Shown one piece after another: positions 1 to 13,978 of a stretch of 35,202 nucleotides of DNA. The DNA lies in NCBI GenBank assembly GCA_000934665.2, contig KZ538228.1, forward strand, positions 62,001 to 97,202, written 5' to 3'. This DNA comes from Catajapyx aquilonaris (taxonomy: Eukaryota). Under the pieces are notes generated by a model. The model did no database searches. It was given only the letters and a program-made list of their open reading frames with translations, and was not told where the DNA came from. Both the position numbers and the translations under genes were made by a program. Position 1 is the first letter of the stretch. Each line of letters begins with the position of its first letter.

Positions 1-3000
1 TCATGACTGTTTATTACTGATGCAGGAAGTGGTTATTAATAACAGGCGGAAGTTAAAGTGTGAATTGTTGAATTATTTAGTTGCCAATATTTGCTTAATA
101 TTTCAATTTCATTCGGTCTCCAATGTTGGTAAGTGTTCTTTCCATGCAATAAAATTTATATTCCTGCTAAATGTGACACCACGAGTCACAGCTGGCGTTG
201 GTCGGATTAGATTGCTACGCAACAGTGACCGCTGCGGTTTAAGTCATGCAATATAGAGTCATGAAAAAAAGAGACGGTTGCAAACAACCAGACATGTCCT
301 AATAAGTTTTTGCAACAGAATGAGCTTACATTCAATAAACATGGCAGTGAATATTTATTTGAGCATTCCGCCAAAATTTTCATGTAAAACAACCCCCCCC
401 CCCCTACTCAGCACTAATAAGTACAAACACCCCGCCATTTCCCCCTTCATGTGCGAATTCCCTGCGTGCAAAGTTAACCCCTCGAATTAATTTTGGGCGA
501 CTTGACCACTTTCACGGTCATCATCTCGCCTAACCCACCACATAACGAGTACAAATTACTGGACCGATTTAATGCGGCAACGTTTTACAGCACGTTTGGT
601 CCCGTCCCTTGAAAAGTACTCAAATTTTTGCCCCTTTCCCCTCCCCCGGAAAACTCTTTTGCTGACCAATCATCCGGAGAAATCCGGGGGTCCCAAAAAT
701 GGGTGGTGGGGGGGGGGTCAATCTCATCCAATAATCCTGTAGATATAGCCTCATCTCAAAAAAAAATCCTACCCTGACGTAACAATTAGACCAAACCCAC
801 CCTTACATGCTATACAACCCTGCGTGATTCACAACCCCCTGACTCACGCATGCAGTGTTGCCATGTTGTGAATGATTATTGTCCACACAAAGGAAAAGAC
901 TCGAAAAAATTGTGTGTTACAAAAAAAACGAGTTTTCAACAACGGGAACTATTATTGTTATTGCCTTTTTTTGGAGTTGATTTATGCTTTTTTAAAAAAA
1001 TGGTGGGGGAAATGGTGCCCATATTCCATAGAGAAAGGAAGAGAGAAAAAAATGGCCACAGAAATTGATTTTTGTACAACACAGTGTGCAAATGGCGCAT
1101 AAAGGATCACGTTTGGGCGCATATGTTTGCGGGTTGCCTGGAGGGGGGGTTGGACGCTTTTGTGTTTGTTTTCACAAAATGCGTTTGCGTGCCTTTTCCC
1201 AAGTCATACCAGGTCAAAAACTTTTGCTCGTTTCAATTTATGGTAACTATAAAAAAAGTGGGTCTCCAAAGTGAGGGAACTCAAAATTGTCCGGATTTAT
1301 TGCTGTAATGAATAATTATATTGACAGACGTGACAAAATTATGTGATACAGAATTGTCCGGAACTGAACTTTTCAGGAAATTGTCATAAAAGGTGCGTTT
1401 ACCCCCATTATTTTCATAAAAATGGCGTATGTGCATGTAAAGGAGAAAACCTGATGAGATAAGTACACAAGATAAAAATTATAATATTATAAAATATGGC
1501 CGTAATGAATAATTAATGGCACAAATTATGTGATACGTTTCAGGCAAACGTGACCGCTTCTCATCCTGTCAGTTCAAGTGTTGCAGTTTCACCTTCTTGA
1601 TTTTCCTGTGAATTACAATGCGTAATTATTGCGCAATTGTTATGAGCTTCAATATCATGCGGTGCACGTTCTGTTTAGAAGGTGTCGAACATAAGTGCCG
1701 CCCAGCTGCGTCCATTATTATCATACAAAACATCACTCCCACGATCCATCTTTTTGTATTGTTGAAAGCTATATAGAAGGCACACAATTTCCATCATCAT
1801 CATGATTGGATAATCTCGCGCTTGATTTACCACCGAGCAAAATTGCTCTCTCAAAACTCATTACAAATAATTTCGAATTGAAGACTTGCTTGGTAATATA
1901 ACGAGCCCATTTGTAATCAACGTACGCATGTCTCTCTTGGCCCACTTTAGTCTCCCCTACTCATCATATGAGACATGCATGCTGGAAAAGGATTACCCGA
2001 TGAATGTGATTGCCCCGTCTTTCCCTTCTCCACACACACACACACATTGGGAGTTACACACATGGTACTTTAAGGTCCCTCGATGATGGATGGTTTTGTG
2101 TGGACAAAGAGAATCTCTATCATCACCGAGCTAGACTCCCACCCTCACTTATGCTTCATTAGTTGCCTCTAGGGACGTAGCACGTGTTCTCAGGCGTTAG
2201 ACAGAGGGGTGTTTGGTATATAGGGAAAAAGAGAGGGGTGCAATCTACCCCCTCGTTGTATGACCTCATCCCGATCTCCTCTTCTAGCTCCCTTTTTTTT
2301 GGTCCTCCATGTCCCAATGGGAAGGTTGACGCTTCCAACATCAGTTTCATTTGCCGCAACATGAGTGCCGTTGAAAATGGGGCTTACCAAAGTTTTAGTA
2401 AGGGTTCGATTTTTATTCGGGAGGGTTCCAGGGATATCCTTGGAGTTAAGATATGTATCTGGATATTTTAAAAAAGGGAAAGAAACTTGCACCCATTATG
2501 TATAGATAAATATTGCTTCCTGAATGCGTGTTATTTTGGCACCCAGCCTGCTGCTTGTCTCGAATTGATCAGACCTTATTGGTTGATTTGTTGGAGGACA
2601 GGTGGGCGGTGCCCCCCTTTTGAATGTCACACAAACATGTCAGATGCACTGGATTTTAAAGGAATGCATAATCTTATAATATCATGCAGCAAACATTGGT
2701 CGGCTAACTTGTAATTTCTAATAGATTAGACTAATGGTTTATGAATCGTAAATTTAGATTGTTATCAACGTATCAATGATAAAGCCGGCATACGTCTAAT
2801 TAAGGTGTTAACAGCAGTAATACCAGCTGAGTAGTCGCGGTTCACCGTCATTACGTATATACAATGGCGACCATAATTATTTAAAAAATAAATTCACCTT
2901 CCGGTATACTGAAGTCATACTTCGACACACTTTGTGGTTCACTCCATTTTATTCCGAGAATATTCAATGTCCAGGCTCCCAGTAAAACTTTTCCGTTGCT

Positions 3001-5142
3001 ATACTGGTGAAGCGGACATATCTTTCACACAACCTCTTTGACCTGCCCCAAGCCCCGAAGAAAGAGGTTTGAAGAAAAAGAAAAGAAAAAAAAGATGAGG
3101 AGGAACTCCCCCCCTTACGTATAAATAGTCGACCTTGAACATGGTGTCTCGAGGATTTAAGGGATGGAGAGTTTGGGTCCGGAATGCAGACCCACACCTG
3201 TTCAGGTGAGGACCTCTTCCACTTATTCCAGACCCATGCCCCTGTGGGGTAGTTTAACGGGACACACCACGACCATTCCACAGCATCCAGTCTTGTGGCT
3301 TTGGCCTCAGAACATTTTTAGGCGAAATATTTTCTAAAATTATGATACAACAGGTGGATGAAAATTACCTCCAGGTTGTTACACAGAATACACACGTAGT
3401 ACCAAGAAAAGGGGTTACAGGCCGACAGCCACAAAATTATTATCAAACCCTTTATTGGCGTTTTCCCTTTGTAACGAACGGTTTTCAGACACCTGTTACA
3501 CTTAATGTTCCTTCCTTTTAAAGGAAAAAAAACGTGTCATTAGTCAGATTCTCTTTGAAAGGTGCAAAAGGATCCCCCTCAGGCCGCATAATGAAGGTAA
3601 TCTGGCAGATGTGACAAAGAGCGTTCCGCATCTCTCCCTCTCGCTATATATGACTACCAAGGAACAAAAGAGTAAGGGAAAAAGGAGGGGGGGATAAGAG
3701 AAGATAGATTTATTCCCCCCACCCTATATCCCACCGCTGGGAGACCCCAGGGGAGGACCTCTTCATTTGGGAGAGTGTGTACGTGTGGAGTGTGTGCGCA
3801 TTCATGTGCACACACAGCAGGGTCTATACTTTTTTATATATATGTCCTGAACGTGTGACTCACACCCTTATTTTGAGTCTAGAGAAAAAAAAATTGGAGG
3901 GAATTTTGATGAGGATTCATCAACCAGATCCCCCCCTCTCTCTTCCTATTGCCTTATACTCCTTTCGCACTTTTTTTTTATTTCCTCCAATGCAAATGCA
4001 TCCACACATGCAATCTCGTTAAGCAGGGGGAGGGCATTCATCACTCATCCTTTTTTTTCCGCATGTAATTTATACAGCACTTTAATCAACCAGTCGATTA
4101 GCAGCAGCAGCAGCAGCAGGTTGTATAGCCTGCTGCATGACATGATAATTTTTTGGGGCACAATATTTGATTTCTTATAGGTTGTGTTCGGTAGGTACAT
4201 TTTTGGGGTGCAGCCCACCGAAGTGAATTCATAATGGCTGATGAATGACATAAATGACCCTGGTTTCTTTAAAAAATATTCAAGGCTGGAAATACGCCCT
4301 TTTTGCTGCCCACGGTAACAAAACATTGGCTCTATCCCCACCTGTTGAAAATAGCACGTGCATGCCCCCTGTTGCTAAGGAAAGGATTTGGAAGGAATTG
4401 GATATCTCTAGTTAACGATTTTCCGGGGGCTCTCCGGTATAGTGTTTTGGTATATAGAAAAGGAAGAGTCGTTTTCTCCATTTGGTCAGACCATTGAGGT
4501 CAACAACAGCGAAAGTCATTTTCTAACACATATCTTTTTGCGGTGTGCGAACTGAAAGTGAAAGGGGAGTAGCCCGACATCTTCCGATATTTAAACCTAG
4601 CATTTTGTGCATCGTCTTACGTTTTTTTTATGGTGTGACCTAGTGACTCATTGCCACAGAAACCGGTTTTGCCTTCGTTTTTTTTGTGTGTGATAAAGGC
4701 ACCCAAGGGGGATGGGGGTCACTTGTCCACCTTGCCCATCCCCCTCCTCGATGCCACAGCATTCCAAGTGCAACAGCCCTTCTTTTTTTGTGTGTATGAG
4801 AAGCACCAGACTGGATCTGCAGAAAAGAGTTACGGCTTGAATAGATAACCTGTGTTATTCAATAGTTAGGACAAGTTGCACCAATGTTAATAAAAACCAG
4901 ATTTTTTTTATTTTAAAAAAGAGGTGGTACTATACAAGTTAATGATTTATTAGTTATGAGCTATTTTTACACACCTGAATTGCTTCAGCTGGAATTCCCA
5001 TAACCATCTTGTATACATGCTACAATGCACCTTCTGCTTTGTAAATTACTAATTATTTGCTGGCTGTGCCAACAGCACTGAGGGGGCTAGGATGCATAAT
5101 AGATCACTTCCTGTTGTAATTCCCACTCAGTTGACAAAAAAA

Positions 5143-5185
5143 TACAGGGTGTTTCAAAAAGTTACTAACTCTCTAAATTTTATTT
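5143..5185 (+). mobile_element. Solo Tc1/mariner-type terminus fragment
   Basis: TACAGGGTGTTTCAA at 5143-5157 is identical to the first 15 nt of the MITE end at 9905-9919; no partner end found nearby. Confidence 0.45.
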
Positions 5186-8100
5186 TCCTAATAGACACGT
5201 ACAGTGTGAGCACATTCGATTGCAATTGCGATATATGATCAGAACTGTAATGTTAGAAAGTGTGTGAACCCCCAGTGCGTGGGTTTCTCTCTCTCTCTTC
5301 CAAGCTTCCCTTTCTGGATGCTTCTCTTTTCCCCCTCCATCCCCCTCTTCTCCCCCATCTACCCTCACTCAGTCCCTCACCACCCTTCGGATCAATAGGT
5401 TCGTGCAAGAGAAAAGAGAAGAGAGTTAAGAGAAGTGAGGAGGATTTGATGCCGGATGCTAACGTGTAACCAGCAGATATTTGATTCTATACACAAGTTT
5501 TAGTCTGTACACAAAAAAAATGTGCCAATTAGTGGAAGGTGTGCCTATATAAGAGGCCTGATTTTACCCGCGTAATTAGATGCCAATTAATCCCACCCCT
5601 CAGTCCTCTCTGTGGTGTTTCGATCCCAAATTATTGCTAAACGGCGCCTAAGAGGTGACTTTTCATTTGTGCAGGAGAGGGGTGTAAGCCTGATATCAAT
5701 TAATTAATACATATTGCGGTTGGTTGGCGAAATTGGTGTAGAGGGAATTAAAACGGGCGATTTGCAACCATTATTGCAGTTTCTTGCCATTTTCAGGAAG
5801 TTGCTGCTGGGGATGTAGTTTGATTAGAGTTCACAAAATCTCAGATAAAACCGGAATTTTTGCACAGCTACTGTTTTGTTCAAGCCAAGGTTCAAGCACA
5901 GCTTTCATTAATAATAATTACTGGTGCAGGAGAAAATTCTAAACACATTTTCTAATTTTATTATTCTATAAACTGAAAATACAGACATCAAGCAAGGGAA
6001 ATTGCTATCTACAGTTGAGTACGTATATTCTAATAACTGTGGTTTTTGTTCACTTTTGTTGCCGCTTGTTTGGTTTAAAACAAAGACTGTACAGTAAACT
6101 TTCCCCTCGTCCATGATATTGGCAAGTGAATGACGATGATAATATTGATGCAAAATCTGGATTATCAGCAACGAACGATTAAATTGATCGAAAATGGTCA
6201 CTGTAAAAAAAAATTCCCAGGCGATAAAAATCCAAGTTCGAAATTTTGATGGGTAATTTTCACCACCAAGAAAAGTGAGATCTTGGTGAATACAGTTCAA
6301 CTTTCTTCGCAATCACTTTTCAATGCGTTTTCGAGCAGGAGATGACAAGGGGAAACAAAAATGGGGGGTGGAGAGCGCGAGAAAATCGCAAAAATCTCCA
6401 AGAATGGAAAAGGAATATTACAAGATGTGATTTTCACTTATTTTTTTCACTATGCAACCAACTCGCGTGCCGTTTTGTTATCCGTTTTGTGCATTAATGT
6501 ATTCACCTCTATAGGAATGAGGAAATTTGCACACAGTTTTGTCGACAAGGGGGGTGTATTTGGCGAGAGGGGTTTAAAAAAAAAGGTAGGCTGGTTTCGC
6601 CACTTTCTGTTTCGAGAGCGGCCATGCAAGGATTTTTCGGAGGGTTATATACCTGCCTAACTGCCACCTGATTCTTGCCCACCCTAAAAACCTACCCAAG
6701 GGCGGATAAACTCGGGCAAGGCCGCAATTTTTTTTTTCTTCTTCTTCCTTACAAGTCTTCTCTTTTTAAAGGGCCGGATAAACTTCCCCTTCAAAGAGTG
6801 CGAGCCGATAAGCTATCAAAGAGTAAGGGATGGATGGGAGGGGTTTGACATATTCACCACATTCACTTCCATGTTTTTGTCAAATTTCTCCCCCCAACTT
6901 CACATTCTCTCTCCCTACCCATCCATGTTTGGATTTGTGATGGAATCCCCCGGTTACAATTAGCACTTTCCGGACTTACCAGAGTCATTAACATAATGCG
7001 AAGTTTTGTGCAAATTGTACCCAACTGGTTTAAACAGGCTCAATTTGGCCATTTTTTTATGAAAATAAATATGTTGCATGTTTCATTAAAATATATCGAA
7101 CTAAGCAGGCATGAGTGGGTCCAGTGATTGGAAGCCTTCGTATATATGATTGTCAATAATGATAGCATAAAATAATTAATTCGGTGACCGCACCTGCATA
7201 TTAATGTGCCGGAATGTGCGCATTAGCAATTCGGAAAGGGCAAACAGGTCACCTGTTGTTTGGCACTGTTTTATTTTATTTATAATATTTTTGCATAGTA
7301 CAAGTATAATCTGAGTGACATTTGACATTTCAGTTGACGTCTTCCAATAAGGCAAAGAGCTTCCCTTTTTTGCGTAATCCAACGTCGTAACATGGCAGCT
7401 AATTAGCCATCACAATGTTCGGTCGTTCCCTTCCTAATTGAGAGATCAAGTGATTTTCTTACAGCCCCGGCCTGTAATCTCGCCAGATATTATTTACGGG
7501 TTTAACTGCGTGACTTGGCACTATACCATTTTATTTGATATCACCCCCAGCATTATTTCCATGGGCTCAAGACGACTATACTATCTCCAGGTCTCGAATA
7601 ACAATTAAACGCTTAGTCCATATGAATCCAACAGTGCAATAACGTGGAAGCAATTCGAGAAAAGTTCCTGGTCGCGGAGCAATTTACTGCAGGAAATTGG
7701 ATAAGAGGAAGCTAAGAGACTTGACGGATAATAATAGCCTGACCCATTTTGCCAGCATCAACACGTGGCTCATCATCCCATTAACAGGAACTCTGATAAA
7801 CTTCCATATTCATATATGCTACATTGTTTCAACATAACCTACCCCCAATATTTGCGGCTTCGGCGAAAGAAAAAAAATGCGCACGCCTGTTGAGCCTGAT
7901 TTTGAACCAGCCCGCGTCCAAATATTTCGCGAATATTGGCAGAGTTTGGTCCCCCTCCGGCTGCGGAATCCACTTTGGTTCCATAGTGTCTCTTCTTGCA
8001 ATTTTTTTTTTAAACGTCATGTTGGCGGCAAACTTCTATGGTCGGACTGGGATTTATTTTTGGTCGTACAGTAGATTGGAGTTTCCGCTTATCGACTGTT

Positions 8101-9852
8101 TTGTAAACACTGGGTGAATCATGGGGCAGCATGATAAGGGTGTGCGTGCACGCAACTTTTTTTTTTTTTTCCTTTTGACGGACGGCATTTTGGCGTCCGT
8201 GTAATTTCTGTGCACGTGGGAAAAATATCGCTACAATATGCATTTTGACGTTTGATTACTGACGGGGGGGTCGAGACTGTTAAAATTGTGATGAAATTGA
8301 GGCTGGGTTGGCGATAATATGTCTGAAGGCTGTATAAAATATTGGTGCTTATGCCAAATGCACTGTTGTAGTGTACAGAGCAGAAACTGCTCCCATAAGC
8401 GCGATATTAACTCGGCACATAATGTAGACCATTCGTATGATGGATTGCGATTTATCTCTATATCTGTATATCATGACGTTTGTCGTAATAAACGTGCTCC
8501 TGTTTATTTACGTTTGAATTTACTTAATATAAGCAGAATTTGACGTGAGATTCGGGATAATAAAATACAGTCTGTGCAATTTTCAACTGAATATTAATCA
8601 TTCCATCTAGCCTTAGCTTGAATTTTTACTGTATGAAGGTGCAAGCTTTTGTGCAGTTTTTATAACGGTTTTTATTACTGAGAAAAGCATCTTGTAGGCA
8701 GATAGTCGTTTTATTGAACTACTGAATGCTTCAGAGCCATTTTTTATGAAATATTATTAGGATCACGAGAGCAATATTAATTTTATAGTAATGTACAGTA
8801 TATGCCAGTGAATTAAATCGCAATTCTAAATATTGCGTAATAACCAGGCATGTCCTGTAGACGAAGCACTGTAGGTCTCCCATTGTTTGTAAATTTAGGC
8901 CTACAGGTTCGTCTAGAGTTTCATTTTCAATTTAAACCAGTTCCACTGTCATAATAATATATCGCATCAAAATGTACAGTGTCAGGCACTCCCATGTTTA
9001 AAATAAAACATGTGTACACTCGATTATACTGTACAACATGTTGCTAAGAGTGGTTATGAATGGAGCAATTGTCAGCAGGGATGCCTTGAGGGGATGGATG
9101 TATGGTATACCCTGTTTGCAGATGTTACAGAACTTCACGCGCAGTTTAACTATTTAAAAAAAACAATCCAGATTAATATGCGCGCAGTTTGTCATGAATT
9201 ACATTGCATGTAACTACGTCAAAAACCTGTAGAGAACTTGAATATCTTTTTGGTGTCGTAAAACAGGAGTGACTCATCTCTATATAGTATAAGGAGGTCA
9301 TACCGCAGTACGTGTATACGCAGAGATTGCACGAGTTGCAACCTTGCAAGAAGATATCTGGTCCGGTATTTGATCCACGGCCTTCCCTGCAGCTTCCAAA
9401 TCGTCGGAACTCAATTACCACATTTTACAGCTCGCAATCGCCTCTCTTTCCTCCAGCGACATAATTGGCCCACCCCCATCAGTTCCCTCCTTCATCATCC
9501 TTTTTCCGAGGCCAACCAACACTGTATCTCCAAAACCGCCCACGACTTGAGTTGACCACCGCAGTGATGCAATCAGGAATCAGGTACATCCATTCGAGTT
9601 TTTTTAAAATTAAACCAATTGATTCAAGTTGCGCACTTCATTGTTGAAAGACGACACATTCGGAGTTTTTCAACTTTTATTTGCGCATTTTATTGCACAA
9701 ATTATCTACATATATAAAACGACAAGTTTGTTCGTATGTTGTATGTCCGGGATAACTTACATTTTATTTATTAACGGTATTTATTTTTTTATTTATATTT
9801 ATTTAAGTTACCCCGTTGTAGGACAGAGCTCTGGGTATACAAAAGAAAAAAC

Positions 9853-10287
9853 ACTCCGGCTATAAAAGACTCCAAAGGCCAGTCCCGGCATATAGTTCCG
9901 TACATACAGGGTGTTTCAACTTTTTTTTTTGTCCGAACCAGTTATTGGTAATATTTCACTAAGCTGCTACTTTGTAAGCAGTGTATACAGAGTGTATGCC
10001 CCTTCAACATTAGATTCGGGCAGGAAATATTCCCCCCCCATTCCTCTGCAATAAGTCACTACTTACAAAAAGTAGCAGCTTATAGTGCAATATTTCCGAT
10101 AACTGTTCGAACAAAAAAAAAGTTGAAACACTCTGTATATATAGTGGGATTTTATTTATTTATTTTGTTTACCCCGTGATACAGCAGTGCTCTCTTGGGG
10201 GGGGGGGGGGNGGGGGGGGCATATTTTATTTATTTATTTATGCCGGGACTGTTATAACCGAGAGTCTGTTATAGCCGGAGTCAACTG
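9853..10287. mobile_element. Outer degenerate inverted-repeat element (possible pogo/Tigger-like MITE) enclosing the mariner-type MITE
   Basis: ACTCCGGCTATAAAAGACTC...CAGTCCCGGCATA (9853-9892) is the inverted copy of TATGCCGGGACTG...GAGTCTGTTATAGCCGGAGT (10239-10281). The right end reads CAGTTGACTCCGGCTATAACAG on the minus strand. The family assignment is tentative. Confidence 0.55.
9907..10135. mobile_element. Non-autonomous Tc1/mariner-type MITE (~229 bp)
   Basis: About 78-bp terminal inverted repeats: CAGGGTGTTTCAACTTTTT...GCTGCTACTTTGTAAGCAGTG versus CACTACTTACAAAAAGTAGCAGC...AAAAGTTGAAACACTCTG. TA on both sides (9905-9906, 10136-10137). CAGGGTG ends with a TA target duplication are typical of Tc1/mariner. 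Confidence 0.85.
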
Positions 10288-11305
10288 CACTACTTTCTCC
10301 CTGAGAGTGGCAGTAGTGTGCAGAGGGTATGTCATCCAAACTGGCAGTGGACTATCGTACTACGTCCAGGGGTGTGCCGCCAACTAGTGTTATTTTATTA
10401 GAGCAGATCCATTTTTCGAACGGACAAAATCCGGATCCAAAATGGCTGCCACTATCCGTGTGCATCCATACCCTATGACTTGTTTGGGAGAGACTCGCCA
10501 CGCAGGCTGTGCGATGCAGCCGGCACAAAGGAGCCCGGTTGATGGGGCTAGTGGGGCGATCCTATGGTGAGGGGGGTGCAGGGAGGTGGGGGCACAGTGT
10601 GAAAGGGCGCCTCTTGCTCTCTCCAGTGTAAGATGGCGGGTGGGTGCAGCCGGACCTCGCTCCTCTCTCTCCGTCGCACCACGAGTACCCGGTGAGTCGC
10701 ATCCCTCCGGATTTTTACTCCGGGGCAGCCCACACCTCAGGGACGCCTTTAGGTACAACCATGCCCAGTACCAACACGATCGGGCCGTTGGTTCCAGTGT
10801 GGCAGCCTGAATTGTAGACAATGACAGGGTGGGGCGTTTGACTTTTTGTTGCGCGGGAGGTGGGGCTGGGGGTGGGCTGGGTTAAGCCGGTGTGTTTTTT
10901 TCTTTATATTTAAAAAAAAAAAAAGTTGACCAGGGGCGGCCCAGGGGCAGGTTGTGGCAGGTGCATGTCTTTGTTGTAGTTTGAGGACGCCGCCGCATTT
11001 TTGGGGACAATGCGTCACATGTAGCATGTGCAGCGCGGGATGGGTGTACCAACTGTCATTGCACACACTGTGTGTACAAAGGGACAATAACCCTTTAAAT
11101 GTTAAAAAAAATAATTAAACCAATATGCCACAATTTTTCTGGCAAGGATTGTTTGCATGTTTGTTTGTCCAGCCGTTCCAGCTTATGCAGCTTTTGGTTC
11201 AAGGGTGCATTGTTTATGCAGGTGCCCTGGACACCTGCAGACATGTTATGTTAGGCCCTGTTCACCTTGAGTGTCCAATGTTCCTGTAACCTTACACCTG
11301 GACAT

Positions 11306-11376
11306 TGACTTTTAAAATTATTTGCAATTTTGGGACACCCAATGACTTTTAAAATATTGTGCAATTTTGGGACACC
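11306..11376. repeat. Two-copy ~36 bp tandem duplication
   Basis: TGACTTTTAAAATTATTTGCAATTTTGGGACACC (11306) and TGACTTTTAAAATATTGTGCAATTTTGGGACACC (11343). Confidence 0.85.
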
Positions 11377-13956
11377 TTCTAACGAGTATGAATAATTATT
11401 GATGTACCGTACTTACACTGGCCTAAAGCACTGGGACATGCTCATGTAAGTGTCCAACTCTGCCGTTTCAACAAAGGGAGGCAAGTCTGTAAAAAAAAAA
11501 TTGAGTAATTATGGTTATCTCCTGTAGGGTAATCGTAGACAACTGGAAAAGCACAAATTAGCATACAATGCAACCATTTTTTCTCCTTCTTCAGTATCCA
11601 TGAAAAAGTATGCACCGTGCCATGCACCAGTTTAAAAAAAAAGTTAGCTCTTATTTAAAACTGCAAGTTGGGTGAAAGTGAAATCTCTGCCAGTACATTA
11701 TATGACCATGCATTCCACTTTTAATTGAACATTGTCTTATAGTGTGTCAGTGTGGTAATGCACGTAGTAGTTTTCATGGTGAAAATTCAATGCTACCTGT
11801 AGCAAAGACATTATTTGACCTTGTGTGGACATGTCATGCTGAGCCAAAAGGTCAATTACACTGTTAAGGTCACTTTTGCGCTTGCAGCTGTGCATTGTTA
11901 ATTTCTTTATAAAGGGGTTATTGCCACTTGACCACACAGTAATAGCTTTTTGAAAAAAAAGCTGGAGGTGATATGAGAGGGGTGTCCCCATAGAGTTATT
12001 CACACCGTTTTACAGGCAGTTTCGTGCGGAATATATTGGCAGTTTTAATTGTAGGAGTACTGGAAGTCCTTCACTGGTTGAGGTCTTTTGGGCAGGAAGG
12101 TCGCTATTCATATATGGGTCTGGCCGAGGTTGTGCTGACCAGTCAGTGTGGGTTGGGTTATGCCTGTTGGGGTAGGCAGGCTTACCCCCAAAATAATATT
12201 AATTTTCCTTCCTGCCAGGTACTTCGCTGCTCCACTTTTTTTTTTTTTTTGCGAAAACAATAGTGTCAATCTGAGCCCCAGTTTTGCAATGGTGATCTCA
12301 TGCAATCACATCACGAGGAACGGCCTAATTAAATAATCGGATGGACAGCCATGTAATCCAATGAATTTTGCAGTATAATAATAACTGGTAGCGACTTGGT
12401 ATGCAAGCAATTGTGACACAAGTTAATGACTTGAAATGAAGCAAATAGCTTACTATTAGAGGATGCGTTTTTTAATAGCATGATGATGAAACATTAATGG
12501 AAGTGCAGCAGTTCAGAAGCGTTTAATAACATTTTTTGCCATCGAAAAGAGTTGAGTAGAAAATTTTTTGATGAGGATCCAGCAACCTTTGTGGGTTGCA
12601 GAATGTCACCGTCTGACTCACCCTGTCGTACAGTATATTAAATTATGTGCACGCTCGAGTGTGCCTGAACCTTTCTTTTTTAGGTCTCCAATATGTAGAA
12701 CCAGTGCCCTATGACATTGGGGGGTTTGGGATGATGAGGAGGGCTGAGGGGGGTGGTGGGAACATTCCAAAAGAACCTTTTAAGGACGCTTTGGCCTTGG
12801 AGACTGGCCCCACTAACGAGAAAACAACACAAGCAGATGAGTATTGCAACCAGTCCTCAAAAACCGTGCCTGCAAAATCCCCCCGACGATAATGTCCATG
12901 AAACGAGGAGGTCAGGAAGCTTAGGACCGATTTTATGGCTTTATTGCACCCTCGTTATTATTTAAAGGAAAGACCCCCAAGGAGTGGTTGTGGTTTGGGC
13001 CGAAACTTTCAAGGCAGGAAAAGACGTGTTATCGGTGCAGTAACAGTGTGAAAGTACTGTTATCCGCAGATTGTGATTGTTGACAGGTTAATTGTTGGCG
13101 GTCTCCAAGGTTGTTGGCGGAAGTACAAGACAAAAGTTACATCAGTTACGGAGAGGGGTTTTTTTTCTTCGAGGTGGTTGAGAACACTTTCTCTAAGCGA
13201 AATCCAGGTGAGAGGTGTGTTCACTCAGAGTGAATGCCACGGAGCAAATTTTCACACTGCCACATTGATGCTGGAGCTTGCAGTTTTGTCATCACGCTGT
13301 AAACTTTTTTTTTCTTTTTTCTGGCGAGGTATATATAAGGGACGACATAACTACTGCAATGAGGAACATTATAGGGATAGGGGGGTGAACAAGTGGGCGG
13401 CAAGTGTGTCAGTAAACCGGTTGGGAGAGGGAAGGAAGGGCGGGCTAGCCAGGAAGAGGGTGAAAGTGAAGTGGTGGAGCAGTATCTCTCCCTCCACCGA
13501 AAAACCCAAGAGCCTGAACGAGCCCCACTGGACCAGTGCAACAATGGCCCAGTTACACCTGATACAAGGGAAGCGAAACGGGCTAGTGTCCCTGGCAAAC
13601 GGCCATGGTAGTATATGACACGTCACATTCTGCGGTTATGTGGATGTGAAACCTACGCTACATTAATGTGGTTCGGCGCACCCTATTTTCGCGCAGGCTG
13701 CGCGAGTGAGAGTGCGCACGATTCTCCCCAGTTCGCTGATTTGCCGATATAGCTGGTGGCGCCACCAGTACCTGTCACCTGTGAATAGCGGAAGCGATGG
13801 ACTGGAGTGCACTGAACCATTGTCGCTGCATGTGCCAATGAAAACGTCAAGTGCCTGCCCCTCTCTCTGGCTTTGAGCGATCTATTGGAAGGGATTGGGT
13901 CGGCCAACATGGCTTCCTGTAGCGGAGTGTATCTTCCTTTGCCCCCCTCCCCCCAC

Positions 13957-13978
13957 CTCTCTCTCTCTCTCTCTCTCT
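13957..13978. repeat. (CT)11 microsatellite
   Basis: Directly visible. Confidence 0.9.

Noticed and set aside
13073..13626. 181-aa ORF and antisense ORFs
   Set aside because: No recognisable family; consistent with chance ORFs in GC-richer non-coding DNA.
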